Assembly (NCBI RefSeq): GCF_000155895.1
Contig: NZ_DS995298.1
Span: forward strand, 1,110,001-1,142,000
DNA from: Candidatus Pelagibacter sp. HTCC7211
GTDB taxonomy: Bacteria; Pseudomonadota; Alphaproteobacteria; Pelagibacterales; Pelagibacteraceae
Length of the DNA stretch: 32,000 nucleotides
Reading direction: 5' to 3'
Shown one piece after another: positions 9,086-17,714 of the stretch. A model generated the notes under the pieces. The model was not told the DNA's origin and did no database searches. It saw only the letters and a program-made list of their open reading frames with translations. Every line of letters starts with the position of its first letter. Position 1 is the first letter of the stretch. A program made the translations under genes and the position numbers.

Positions 9086-10272
9086 TTATATAAATCTATT
9101 AACGCTTTTGCTTTAATAAAGTTTTCATTAAATTCATGTTTTGCATTACTGTCAATTACAACCCCGGATGCGACTGAAATTTCAGAAACATTTTTATAAT
9201 TTAATATTGATCTAATAATTATGTTAAATCTCATATCGCCATTAAATTTAATGAAACCAAAGCTCCCTGTATAAATATTTCGATTTTCTTTTTCTTGATT
9301 GTTCAAAAGATTTAATGTGCTTATTTTAGGACAACCAATTACTGATCCACCAGGCATCATTGCTTTTATAATATCTATATTCTTTATATTTTTTTTAAGC
9401 TTTCCTGTAATTAAACTTACATAATGATAAAGATCTTTATATTCTTCGACTGTTTTTTCTTTGTTAAGCTTAACGCTTCCAGGTTTACATATTCTTGAAA
9501 GATCATTTCTTTCCATATCAACTATCATATTATGCTCTTTAGTTTCCTTAATATTATTTCTAAAAAAACTTAAAGCTTTATTCTTATTAAAATTTTTAGT
9601 TTTTCTTAATGTTCCAGCTATAGGTTTTGTTGATATTTTAGAACCATTTTTAGTAATTAAATTCTCAGGTGAACAACTAATAATTGAGAAGTTTTTATCT
9701 TTAATCATGAAAGCTTCTGGTGCTAAATTGCTTTTAGTCAATCTGCAAAAAAAGTCTAAAGGATCAATTGAAGATTTATTTTTATATTTTGTGCATATTT
9801 TAATTTGATATGTCTCACCAGATCTAATTTTCTTTTTAAATTTATTAAAGATTTTAGTGTATGATTTTTGATCAATATTTATCTTAAATTCTTTATCTAT
9901 TTTTTTTGATGAATTTAATTGATAAGTTAAATCTTCTTTTAAAGAAATTTTAGTTTCTGGCTTATAGAATATTCCTTTTGGAAAGTTGATACTTTTTTGT
10001 TTAGGTAACTTTACTCCAATTAGATTATTTAATAATTCATATCCAAAAAAACCTATCATTAAATCTGTATCTTTATACTTTGTCTTAAACTTATGTTTTT
10101 GATTTAAAAAATTAATGATATTTTTATTATTTAAAGTTATTTTTTTTGAAAAATCTGTAAATAAATCAAAACCTTTGATCGTTTTATAAATGATAAAAGT
10201 TTTGTTGGAGTTGTTAATTCTATTTAAATAATTTTCTCTGATCAATTTTCTAAACTGTTTGAAGTCTTGCAA
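9082..10272 (-). CDS. pabB: Aminodeoxychorismate synthase component I (chorismate-binding enzyme)
   Basis: Chorismate-utilising enzyme motifs KPIAGT, GGSVIGCPK and YTGSFGFI. Its position beside pabA and a PabC-like gene favours PabB over TrpE. Confidence 0.75.
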   Translation of the reverse strand: MQDFKQFRKLIRENYLNRINNSNKTFIIYKTIKGFDLFTDFSKKITLNNKNIINFLNQKHKFKTKYKDTDLMIGFFGYELLNNLIGVKLPKQKSINFPKGIFYKPETKISLKEDLTYQLNSSKKIDKEFKINIDQKSYTKIFNKFKKKIRSGETYQIKICTKYKNKSSIDPLDFFCRLTKSNLAPEAFMIKDKNFSIISCSPENLITKNGSKISTKPIAGTLRKTKNFNKNKALSFFRNNIKETKEHNMIVDMERNDLSRICKPGSVKLNKEKTVEEYKDLYHYVSLITGKLKKNIKNIDIIKAMMPGGSVIGCPKISTLNLLNNQEKENRNIYTGSFGFIKFNGDMRFNIIIRSILNYKNVSEISVASGVVIDSNAKHEFNENFIKAKALIDLYK

Positions 10273-11470
10273 CTTGTTTTTCTTTAATGGGTAAATGTAT
10301 CAAGCCTGCAAAGACTGATAAACCTATAGATATGTACCATGCATAATCATATGAGCCGTACAAGTCATGAAATACTCCTCCCAAATATGCTCCAAGAAAA
10401 GATCCTACTTGATGGCTTAAAAATACTATTCCATATAATAATCCAATATATTTAGTTCCAAATACAAATCCGACAATCCCCATTGTTGGAGGAACTGTTG
10501 AGAGCCATAAAAAACCAAAAGTAATACCAAACAATACTGCAATAATTGGACTTGGTGGAAGAAAAATAAATATAGCAATAACTAAACCTCTGGCCAAATA
10601 AATAGTGCTTAAAATTATTTTTTTACTAAATTTTTGAGCTAAATATCCTGATGACAATGTTCCTGCTATATTAAATAATCCTATCATTGATAAAATTGTG
10701 ACTGTACACCATTCAGGTAGACCTCTATCATTAATATAAACTGGAATATGTGTGGCAACTAAAGCAATATGCCATCCACATACAAAAAAACCTAAAGTTA
10801 GATAAATGTAACTTTTATTATTCAAAGCTTCTTTTAAAGCCTCCAAGGCTGTTTGATCATCATCAGTTTTACCACCAACTACATTTTTTGGAGTAGTTAG
10901 ACAAAAAGCTAAAAATAATCCTGCAGCAACAAATGCCGCAAAAATTAATAATGTGTTTTCCCATCCAAATTCTACTAAGGAGTACCTCGTAAAAACTGGT
11001 GAAACAAAATAACCAAAAGAACCAGCTGCAGTAACAATGCCTATAGCTACAGTTCTGTTTGAGTCATGAAAATGTTTAGCGACAACAGAAACTGGGATGC
11101 TAATTGCAGTTCCACCAAGTGCTACTCCAATTAATACACCAATACCGGTTACAAAATAAAGTCCAGTGTTATATTCTGAAACTAGTATCAAAATTCCAAA
11201 TAGATAAAATACAAAACCAATAAATACAGCTATATGCCCACCATATTTATCTGTAATAACACCAAACCAAGGCGCAAAAGCTCCCCATAAAAACATTTGA
11301 AGACCTAGGGCAAATCCGAATTGTGAAAGAGTAATTCCTAGGTCAGTTGAAAAATCAAAATAGAACATTCCAAATGTTTGTCTAATTCCAAGTGAAACAA
11401 TGACAATTAAACAAGCTGAAACCAAAGTAATTAGAACTGTTTTATTTTTAATAAATTTTTCAGCTGACAT
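10250..11470 (-). CDS. MFS transporter (oxalate/formate-antiporter-like subfamily), substrate unknown
   Basis: 406 aa with about 12 hydrophobic helices and a central loop, which is the MFS layout. Confidence 0.7.
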   Translation of the reverse strand: MSAEKFIKNKTVLITLVSACLIVIVSLGIRQTFGMFYFDFSTDLGITLSQFGFALGLQMFLWGAFAPWFGVITDKYGGHIAVFIGFVFYLFGILILVSEYNTGLYFVTGIGVLIGVALGGTAISIPVSVVAKHFHDSNRTVAIGIVTAAGSFGYFVSPVFTRYSLVEFGWENTLLIFAAFVAAGLFLAFCLTTPKNVVGGKTDDDQTALEALKEALNNKSYIYLTLGFFVCGWHIALVATHIPVYINDRGLPEWCTVTILSMIGLFNIAGTLSSGYLAQKFSKKIILSTIYLARGLVIAIFIFLPPSPIIAVLFGITFGFLWLSTVPPTMGIVGFVFGTKYIGLLYGIVFLSHQVGSFLGAYLGGVFHDLYGSYDYAWYISIGLSVFAGLIHLPIKEKQVARLQTV

Positions 11471-11476
11471 TTAAAT

Positions 11477-12652
11477 TTACTTTAAATGTTTTAAAGCCTG
11501 TTTGATATCAGCGATAAGGTCGCTAGGATCTTCAAGACCTATATGTAATCTTACAAGATGTTCATCTTTTGCTAAATTTAAGTATTTTCTATTTCCTGTT
11601 TCTCTGTATTCTTGATGTAAAGCTAAACTTTCAAAACCACCCCAACTATAACCATAACCAAATAATTTAAGTGAATTAACAAATTTTTTAACTGAATTTG
11701 TATTTTTAGATTTTATCTTTAACCCCATTAATCCTGATGCACCAGAATAGTATTTTTTCCACATTCTAAAATTGTAAGAATCTTTTTTATAAGGATAAAG
11801 TAATTTAAATTTTTTATTTTTTGATAAAAATTCAGCAACTTTTTTTGCATTTTCACTATGGCGATCTAATCTTACATCAAGAGTTCTTAATCCTCTTGTA
11901 ATCAAATAAGCATCATCAGGACCCAATCTTAAGCCTGTATTTCTCTCAGCAGTTTTCACTTTATTAAAAACTTTTTTATTTACCGCTAAACTTCCACCCA
12001 TTACATCGGAATGACCTGAATAATATTTAGTAGCAGACACAATTGACATATCAAAACCAAACTTAATAGGTTTAAAATAATAAGGAGTTGCCCAGGTATT
12101 ATCTATAGCAGTTAAAATTTTATTTTTTTTAGCAATAGATATGATTTTTCCAAGATCTTGAAATTCAAAAGAGTTACTTCCTGGATTTTCAACAAAAATT
12201 AATTTAGTTTTTTTTGAAATATTTTTTTCAATAGTTTTTAAATCATGTGGATCATAAAAAACTGCTTTAATATTAAATTCTTTAAGAAAATCTTGAGTTA
12301 AAATTCTTGTTGGACTATAAACTGAGTCTGTAAGTATTATCTCATCTCCGGGTCTGGTAATGCTGAAAATTGCTAAAAATACTGCTCCAAATCCTGTTGG
12401 AGTTGTAAATACATGATAACTTTCTTCAAGTTTAGTTAAAATCTTTTGTAATATATGTGTTGTTGATGTTCCTTGTCTGCCATAATCATAATGTCCACCA
12501 ATTGGGTTTTTTTGAGCTTTTGCTTGTGTCTTTCTTATATGTTGCATCGATTTAAATATAATTGTCGATGCTCTAACAACTGGGGGGTTCACAGACTGAT
12601 TATGAAAGTCTTTTGCAGTATGTTTCAGGAACGTTTTGAAAGAATTGTTCAT
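11477..12652 (-). CDS. metC: Cystathionine beta-lyase / Cys-Met metabolism PLP enzyme
   Basis: PLP-lysine motif SATKYYSGHSDVMGG. The 391-aa length and N-terminal pattern are typical of MetC. Confidence 0.75.
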   Translation of the reverse strand: MNNSFKTFLKHTAKDFHNQSVNPPVVRASTIIFKSMQHIRKTQAKAQKNPIGGHYDYGRQGTSTTHILQKILTKLEESYHVFTTPTGFGAVFLAIFSITRPGDEIILTDSVYSPTRILTQDFLKEFNIKAVFYDPHDLKTIEKNISKKTKLIFVENPGSNSFEFQDLGKIISIAKKNKILTAIDNTWATPYYFKPIKFGFDMSIVSATKYYSGHSDVMGGSLAVNKKVFNKVKTAERNTGLRLGPDDAYLITRGLRTLDVRLDRHSENAKKVAEFLSKNKKFKLLYPYKKDSYNFRMWKKYYSGASGLMGLKIKSKNTNSVKKFVNSLKLFGYGYSWGGFESLALHQEYRETGNRKYLNLAKDEHLVRLHIGLEDPSDLIADIKQALKHLK

Positions 12653-12727
12653 AATAAAATTTGATATGTTTAGAAGACAATGCTATATCCCGTAAAAAAC
12701 GTCAATAAAATTAATATATAGGATTTA

Positions 12728-12811
12728 ATGAGTTACCCGAAGAAACATAGAGGCCGAAGAAAACAAGGCTCTAAAAAAAGAAGAGCTAAAAGAAAAAATA
12801 AGAAGAAATAA
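12728..12811 (+). CDS. Unannotated 27-aa hyperbasic peptide candidate
   Basis: My own translation gives MSYPKKHRGRRKQGSKKRRAKRKNKKK*. It has 16 K/R and no acidic residue. An AGGA lies 4 nt upstream of the ATG. The local sequence is noticeably less AT-rich than typical spacers here. Confidence 0.3.
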   Translation: MSYPKKHRGRRKQGSKKRRAKRKNKKK

Positions 12812-12816
12812 TTCCT

Positions 12817-13935
12817 CTAATCTTTAATCCAACCACCACCTAAAACCTTGTGACCATATTGGTCCTTGTTGTAGAATACACATGCCTGCCCAGGTGAAAT
12901 ACCATCTTCTGGACTTATTAAACTAACATTAGCTGTATTATCATCCTTTAAATCAATTTTTGCCTCTAAAAGGCTACCTGTTGATCTAACTTTAACAAAT
13001 ATATTTTTTTTTAGCTCTTTTTTATCAGTTAATAAATTTAAATCTTTTAGAGTTATAGATTTTTTTCCAAGTTTTTCTTTTGGACCGACTACTATTTCGT
13101 TATTTTCAGAATTAATCTTGAGAACATACAAAGGTTCTTTATCGGATACTTTAATTCCCTTTCTTTGACCAATAGTAAAATTAATTATTCCATCGTGCAC
13201 ACCTATTACATCACCGTCTAGATTTTTTATATTTCCTTTTTGAAAAGAATCTGGTCTAAATTTTCTAATAACAGAAGCATAATCTCCATTTGGTACAAAA
13301 CATATGTCTTGGCTATCTGGTTTGTCGGCAACATTTAAATCTAAATCTTTAGCAATTTCTCTTGTTTCATCTTTAAGCATTCCACCTAATGGAAATCTTA
13401 GATAGTCTAATTGTTCACGTGTAGTATTAAATAAAAAATAACTTTGGTCTCTATTTTCATCAATTGCTCTATACATGTTAGTTGTATTGTTAGATGTAAT
13501 ACTTTTTACATAATGACCTGTAACTAAGGCATCTGCATTAAGTTCTTTTGATACCTCAAATAAATCTTTAAACTTCACAGTTTGATTGCATTGAACACAG
13601 GGAATTGGGGTTTCTCCATTCAAATAACTGTCTACAAAATTATCAATAACTCCCTGTTTAAATTTATCCTGATAATATAAAATTTTATGTTCAATGTTTA
13701 ATTTATGCGCAACACGTTTTGCATCCATTATATCTTGTCCTGAACAACATTGCTTTGATTTTGCGACTTCTTTACCATCATCATAAAGTTTCAAAGTAAT
13801 TCCTATAACCTTATAACCTTCGTTTTTCATCATGCCAGCAACTGTTGATGAGTCAACTCCTCCAGACATAGCAACAACCACTGTCGTATCCTCTGGCTTT
13901 TTATTAATTCCAATAGAGTTTAATTCATTATTCAT
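12817..13935 (-). CDS. mnmA: tRNA 2-thiouridine(34) synthase
   Basis: PP-loop [12 protein letters not shown]. Conserved Cys (CCSGQD, IPCVQCN) and a 372-aa length match MnmA. Confidence 0.9.
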   Translation of the reverse strand: MNNELNSIGINKKPEDTTVVVAMSGGVDSSTVAGMMKNEGYKVIGITLKLYDDGKEVAKSKQCCSGQDIMDAKRVAHKLNIEHKILYYQDKFKQGVIDNFVDSYLNGETPIPCVQCNQTVKFKDLFEVSKELNADALVTGHYVKSITSNNTTNMYRAIDENRDQSYFLFNTTREQLDYLRFPLGGMLKDETREIAKDLDLNVADKPDSQDICFVPNGDYASVIRKFRPDSFQKGNIKNLDGDVIGVHDGIINFTIGQRKGIKVSDKEPLYVLKINSENNEIVVGPKEKLGKKSITLKDLNLLTDKKELKKNIFVKVRSTGSLLEAKIDLKDDNTANVSLISPEDGISPGQACVFYNKDQYGHKVLGGGWIKD

Positions 13936-13976
13936 AAGGTGGTATTTATACTTATTTACAATATAAGTTAAATTAA

Positions 13977-14144
13977 ATGATTTTAGATTATGAACCAGGT
14001 GACAAAGTCACTAATCCAAGCAATAAAGACTGGGGTATTGGCCAGGTTCAATCTATTATAAAAGATAAAGTTACCGTTAATTTTGAAAATGTTGGAAAAA
14101 AAGTAATTAATGCAAAAAATATTGAGTTAAAAAAAATTGGCTAA
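13977..14144 (+). CDS. DUF3553-like small protein (55 aa), unannotated in the ORF track
   Basis: My own translation gives [55 protein letters not shown]. The DWGxGQVQS...VTVNFE..GKK core matches my memory of the alphaproteobacterial DUF3553 family. Confidence 0.55.
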   Translation: MILDYEPGDKVTNPSNKDWGIGQVQSIIKDKVTVNFENVGKKVINAKNIELKKIG

Positions 14145-14150
14145 TTTTAA

Positions 14151-14915
14151 ATGGATATAAAAAAAATAATTGAAGAATTAGTAGATACCTTTTTAAAGGC
14201 TGGAGAGTTATCTATTTCATTAAGAGATAAAGGGTTAAAAAAAGAAATTAAATCTGACAATACACCAGTAAGTAATGGTGACATTGAGGTTAATAAGTTT
14301 ATTACTAAAAAAATTTCTGAAATAACACCAGACATACCAATTATTTCTGAGGAAACATCGGACAATAAAAATAATTCAACTCTAAAAGACTTTTGGCTAG
14401 TTGATCCAATTGATGGAACATACGATTACATAAATGATCTTGAGGAATTTACAATCAACGCGGGCTTAATTATTAACAATGAACCAGTAGGCGGATTAAT
14501 TAATGCACCTGCTAAGAGGAGAATGTTTTACGCTTATGGTAAAGGAAGTGCTTATGAATTAAGTAACGGAGTTATTAAAAGTCTAAATGATAAAGAAATT
14601 AAAAATAATCAGCCCTTAAGATTTATTTCTTACTCAAATAAAATTAAACCTGAAATTCAAAAAATATATCAAGACTTAGGTGTTACTGAAAATATAAAAA
14701 TGAAAAGCTCCTTAAAATTTTGTGTTGTGGCAACCGGAGAATACGATGGTTATGTTGCAGAACCAAGAGCCTACGAATGGGATATTGCTGCAGGACATGC
14801 AATTTTAGTTGCCTCAGGTGGTACTATAACAGATTTTGATGGTAATGAGATTTTATATGGAAAAAAAGATTTAAAAAACCCAAGTATAATTTTAAAAAGT
14901 AAAAATTTATTATAA
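14151..14915 (+). CDS. cysQ: 3'(2'),5'-bisphosphate nucleotidase (inositol monophosphatase family)
   Basis: IMPase-family metal-binding motifs ISEETSD, WLVDPIDGT and WDIAAGHAIL. 254 aa. Confidence 0.8.
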   Translation: MDIKKIIEELVDTFLKAGELSISLRDKGLKKEIKSDNTPVSNGDIEVNKFITKKISEITPDIPIISEETSDNKNNSTLKDFWLVDPIDGTYDYINDLEEFTINAGLIINNEPVGGLINAPAKRRMFYAYGKGSAYELSNGVIKSLNDKEIKNNQPLRFISYSNKIKPEIQKIYQDLGVTENIKMKSSLKFCVVATGEYDGYVAEPRAYEWDIAAGHAILVASGGTITDFDGNEILYGKKDLKNPSIILKSKNLL

Positions 14916-15058
14916 TGGATGAGCAATTAAGAATAATATTAATAATATTAGTTTCTGTTTCAATTTTTGGTTTATTAGTTTTTGTATTTGTTAAAAACTA
15001 CATAAGAAATAAAATAGATAATTTAGTTGAAGAAGAAGATAAAAAAAAATTAAAGTAA
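14915..15058 (+). CDS. Unannotated 47-aa single-pass membrane protein candidate
   Basis: My own translation gives MDEQLRIILIILVSVSIFGLLVFVFVKNYIRNKIDNLVEEEDKKKLK*. Its ATG overlaps the cysQ stop (TAATG). It has one TM helix followed by a charged tail. Confidence 0.4.
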   Translation: MDEQLRIILIILVSVSIFGLLVFVFVKNYIRNKIDNLVEEEDKKKLK

Positions 15059-15613
15059 ATTTATTATTTTTAAATATTCATCTTTTTCTATATCCATTAC
15101 TTTTTTTGAAGTTTCAAAATCAAAACCATTCCGGGCTAGTAAAGATATATCTTTTTTGTAAAATAAAATCCTATTGTCTTCTACTCTTGCTGGACCAATT
15201 CTTTTTTTTTTACAAATTTTTATAGCTGAAAAAAAATCTTGATCAGAATTATCTTCATTTATTTTCTCGACTGTATCTTTTATGAACTCATCATTGATGC
15301 CTTTGCCAATTAAATAATTTCTGATTTTATTAATTGAATTTCCTTTTTGGATCATACTTTTCGCTTTACTCTCAGAATAAAATTTATCATTGATAAATTT
15401 ACTTTTTTCTAAATCTATAAGAACAATATCAATAAGTTTATTTACATCTTTTTTTCTTATATCTGATGCTGAAAGTTTCATATATTTCTTTAACAAATAG
15501 GTTTTTAATTGTTGTTTTGAGGGTGCATATTTGTCGACATAAGCTAAGGCAAAATTTCTCATCTCTTCAACTGTTACATTTAAGGATTTTTTTCTATTTC
15601 TTATAGGAATCAT
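15050..15613 (-). CDS. recX: RecX-like regulatory protein
   Basis: 187 aa, all-helical and basic, with a three-fold repeat-like pattern (ALAYVDKYAPSKQQLKTYLLKK ... IRNYLIGKGINDEFI ... LLARNGFDFE) typical of RecX. Confidence 0.55.
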   Translation of the reverse strand: MIPIRNRKKSLNVTVEEMRNFALAYVDKYAPSKQQLKTYLLKKYMKLSASDIRKKDVNKLIDIVLIDLEKSKFINDKFYSESKAKSMIQKGNSINKIRNYLIGKGINDEFIKDTVEKINEDNSDQDFFSAIKICKKKRIGPARVEDNRILFYKKDISLLARNGFDFETSKKVMDIEKDEYLKIINLL

Positions 15614-15639
15614 GGTTAGATTTTATATAATATATTTAA

Positions 15640-16113
15640 ATGATCGAACAAATTTATACTTACTTTACAATTGAGACACTTTACATGTGGGTTAATTTAG
15701 GTGTATTGCCATTTTGGTTTATTTTAATTTTTTTTCCACAATCACACTTATGTAGGTATTTTGTAACATCAATATTTCCGATCTTTTTATTAGGTGGGGC
15801 TTATACATTTGTTTTATATAAATCATATTTAATCGGGTATGATTTTGTTGGAAACTTCACCCTATATTTAGGCATATATGAGTTATCCAGATTATTTGAA
15901 GATAACTTGTATTTAATGATTTTCTGGATACATTTTATTGCAATCAATTTATTTCTAGGTGGGTGGATTGTAAAAGATGCTCAGAAATTTTTTATTAATA
16001 AGTTTCTTTTGGCATTACCTCTGATTATTACTTATTTAATAGGTCCAATTGGATTGTTTGTTTATTGGATAATCCGAATTTTCTATGCAAAACGTATGAG
16101 CCTATATGAGTAA
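15640..16113 (+). CDS. DUF4281 (ABA4-like) membrane protein
   Basis: 157 aa with 4 TM helices. The WIHFIAINLFLGGWIVKD and GPIGLFVYW segments resemble the conserved DUF4281 core. Confidence 0.5.
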   Translation: MIEQIYTYFTIETLYMWVNLGVLPFWFILIFFPQSHLCRYFVTSIFPIFLLGGAYTFVLYKSYLIGYDFVGNFTLYLGIYELSRLFEDNLYLMIFWIHFIAINLFLGGWIVKDAQKFFINKFLLALPLIITYLIGPIGLFVYWIIRIFYAKRMSLYE

Positions 16114-16693
16114 TCAAATAGATTTTTATTTTGATATAATTAGTCCCTTCTCATTTATTGCTCACAAAAAAATTCAAAAAATCATTCAAAATAAAAAAGT
16201 CTTATTTAATTATAAGCCTATTCTATTGGGCGGTTTACATAAGTTGGCTGAAATTGATGCTCCAGCATTTAATAAATACAAAATAAAAATATTACAAAGT
16301 GATTGTGAATTAGTATCAGAAAAAAATGATATTTCTTTTAATTGGAATTCTAAATTTCCAATAAACTCTCTTTATATGATGAGAGGATATTTATATGTAG
16401 AAGAAAATTTAAAAAAATTATATCTAGATGCATTTTTTAACGCGTATTGGAGAGATAACATTGATTTATCTAATGAAATTGAAATAACCAAGATATTAAA
16501 AATATTAAATATTGATAACAAAAAATTTTTTGAGGGAATAAGTAATCAATTAATTAAAGATCAGTTAAAAGAATTAACAGCAGAAGCATTTAAAAAAGAA
16601 TTATTTGGAGCTCCAACTTTTGTTGCTAATAATAAAATTTTCTGGGGTCAAGATCGTCTAGACTATGCTGTTGATGAAGTAAGCTCTAACTAA
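16106..16693 (+). CDS. 2-hydroxychromene-2-carboxylate isomerase / DsbA-like thioredoxin-fold protein (kappa-GST-like)
   Basis: The N-terminal IDFYFDIISPFSF and C-terminal GAPTFVANNKIFWGQDRL are hallmarks of the HCCA isomerase family. Confidence 0.75.
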   Translation: MSNQIDFYFDIISPFSFIAHKKIQKIIQNKKVLFNYKPILLGGLHKLAEIDAPAFNKYKIKILQSDCELVSEKNDISFNWNSKFPINSLYMMRGYLYVEENLKKLYLDAFFNAYWRDNIDLSNEIEITKILKILNIDNKKFFEGISNQLIKDQLKELTAEAFKKELFGAPTFVANNKIFWGQDRLDYAVDEVSSN

Positions 16694-17073
16694 ACAATTT
16701 TAAACTTACTCTGACTAATAGCTCCAAATCCACCCTCTATATGTGAAACTTTCTCATAACCCATATTTTTTAAAGCTTTCACTGCCAAAGCTGATCTAAC
16801 ACCTCCAGCACAAAATAGAACCATTTCTTTATTTTGATCTAATTTTCCTTTTTGGAAATAAACACTGTTTGGATCTAAAAAGATTTCTAACATTCCTCTT
16901 GAAATGTGAACTGAATTTTCAACACTACCTGTTTTTTCTAATTCTCTAGCTTCTCTTATATCAATTAAATTGCATTCATTATCTTCAACCATTTTATGAG
17001 CATCATCTGCATTAATTGTTTTAATTTCTTGCATTGCCTCTGATACTAAAGTTTGAATAGATTTAACTGTCAT
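16690..17073 (-). CDS. Single-domain rhodanese-like sulfurtransferase
   Basis: Active-site loop FCAGGVRS (CxxGxRS) in a 127-aa rhodanese-size protein. Confidence 0.8.
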   Translation of the reverse strand: MTVKSIQTLVSEAMQEIKTINADDAHKMVEDNECNLIDIREARELEKTGSVENSVHISRGMLEIFLDPNSVYFQKGKLDQNKEMVLFCAGGVRSALAVKALKNMGYEKVSHIEGGFGAISQSKFKIV

Positions 17074-17119
17074 AATTGTGTTTTAAAATACCTTAATAGT
17101 ATTATATTGCTAGAAAATT

Positions 17120-17590
17120 ATGTTAAAAATTAATACTAAAGCGCCAAATTTTAAACTGCTATCTACATCAAAAGAAACTTATTCATTAAAAAATTCTCTT
17201 GGAAAATATGTTGTAATCTATTTTTATCCTAAAGATGACACACCAGGGTGCACAATTGAAACTAATGATTTTAATAAATTACTATCAAAATTTGAGAAAT
17301 TAGAATGTGAAATTTATGGAATATCTAAAGATAATATTAAAAGTCACGACAAATTTAGAGACAAATATAAGATAAAATTTAATTTATTAGCTGATGAAGA
17401 GATCAAAATCCTTAAGAAATATAAGGTTTGGGGTAAAAAGAAATTTATGGGTCGTGAATTTATGGGTATTAATCGAACTACATTTTTAATAGATAAAAAG
17501 GGCAAAATTATAAAAATTTGGGAAAACGTTAAAGTTAAAGACCACGCTAAAGAAGTCCTTGAAACACTTAAAACATTTTTAAAAAAATAA
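17120..17590 (+). CDS. bcp: Thioredoxin-dependent peroxiredoxin Bcp
   Basis: FYPKDDTPGCT peroxidatic-Cys motif. 156 aa. Confidence 0.85.
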   Translation: MLKINTKAPNFKLLSTSKETYSLKNSLGKYVVIYFYPKDDTPGCTIETNDFNKLLSKFEKLECEIYGISKDNIKSHDKFRDKYKIKFNLLADEEIKILKKYKVWGKKKFMGREFMGINRTTFLIDKKGKIIKIWENVKVKDHAKEVLETLKTFLKK

Positions 17591-17596
17591 AAAAAA

Positions 17597-17618
17597 GGCC
17601 CCTAAAAAGGGGCCTTTT
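17597..17618. terminator. Bidirectional intrinsic terminator between bcp (+) and amt (-)
   Basis: GGCCCC-TAAAAA-GGGGCC hairpin (17597-17614), preceded by an A-run and followed by TTTT. It therefore presents a U-tract in both transcription directions. Confidence 0.8.
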
Positions 17619-17655
17619 ACTAACTATAAGAGAGAGAGATAGTTATTTTGTTTTT

Positions 17656-17702
17656 AAGAGGCTCTTCAATGAGATAACGATATGGAGATCGAAGAGCCTC
17701 TT
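17656..17702. other. Perfect 12-bp inverted repeat with a 23-nt loop in the amt 3' region
   Basis: AAGAGGCTCTTC (17656-17667) pairs with GAAGAGCCTCTT (17691-17702). The loop contains a GAGAT direct repeat. There is no U-tract on the amt strand. Confidence 0.6.
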
Positions 17703-17714
17703 TATTGCATGCAA

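Noticed and set aside
9461-9808. 115-aa plus-strand ORF inside pabB; likewise 12473-12664(+) inside metC and 14147-14365(-) inside cysQ
   Set aside because: These are antisense shadow ORFs, typical of AT-rich coding DNA where the opposite strand has few stops. The sense genes have clear family motifs.
7795-10272. The extremely Lys/Asn/Ile-rich, very AT-rich pab operon as a horizontally acquired island
   Set aside because: There is no flanking tRNA, integrase, direct repeat or strand switch. The genes are embedded by overlaps in a 12-gene co-directional array. Composition extremes are expected for weakly expressed genes in a genome like this.
17629-17639. (GA)5 microsatellite
   Set aside because: It is only about 11 nt long and forms the loop of the second hairpin in the bcp/amt spacer. 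It is too short to call a repeat feature or phase-variation tract.
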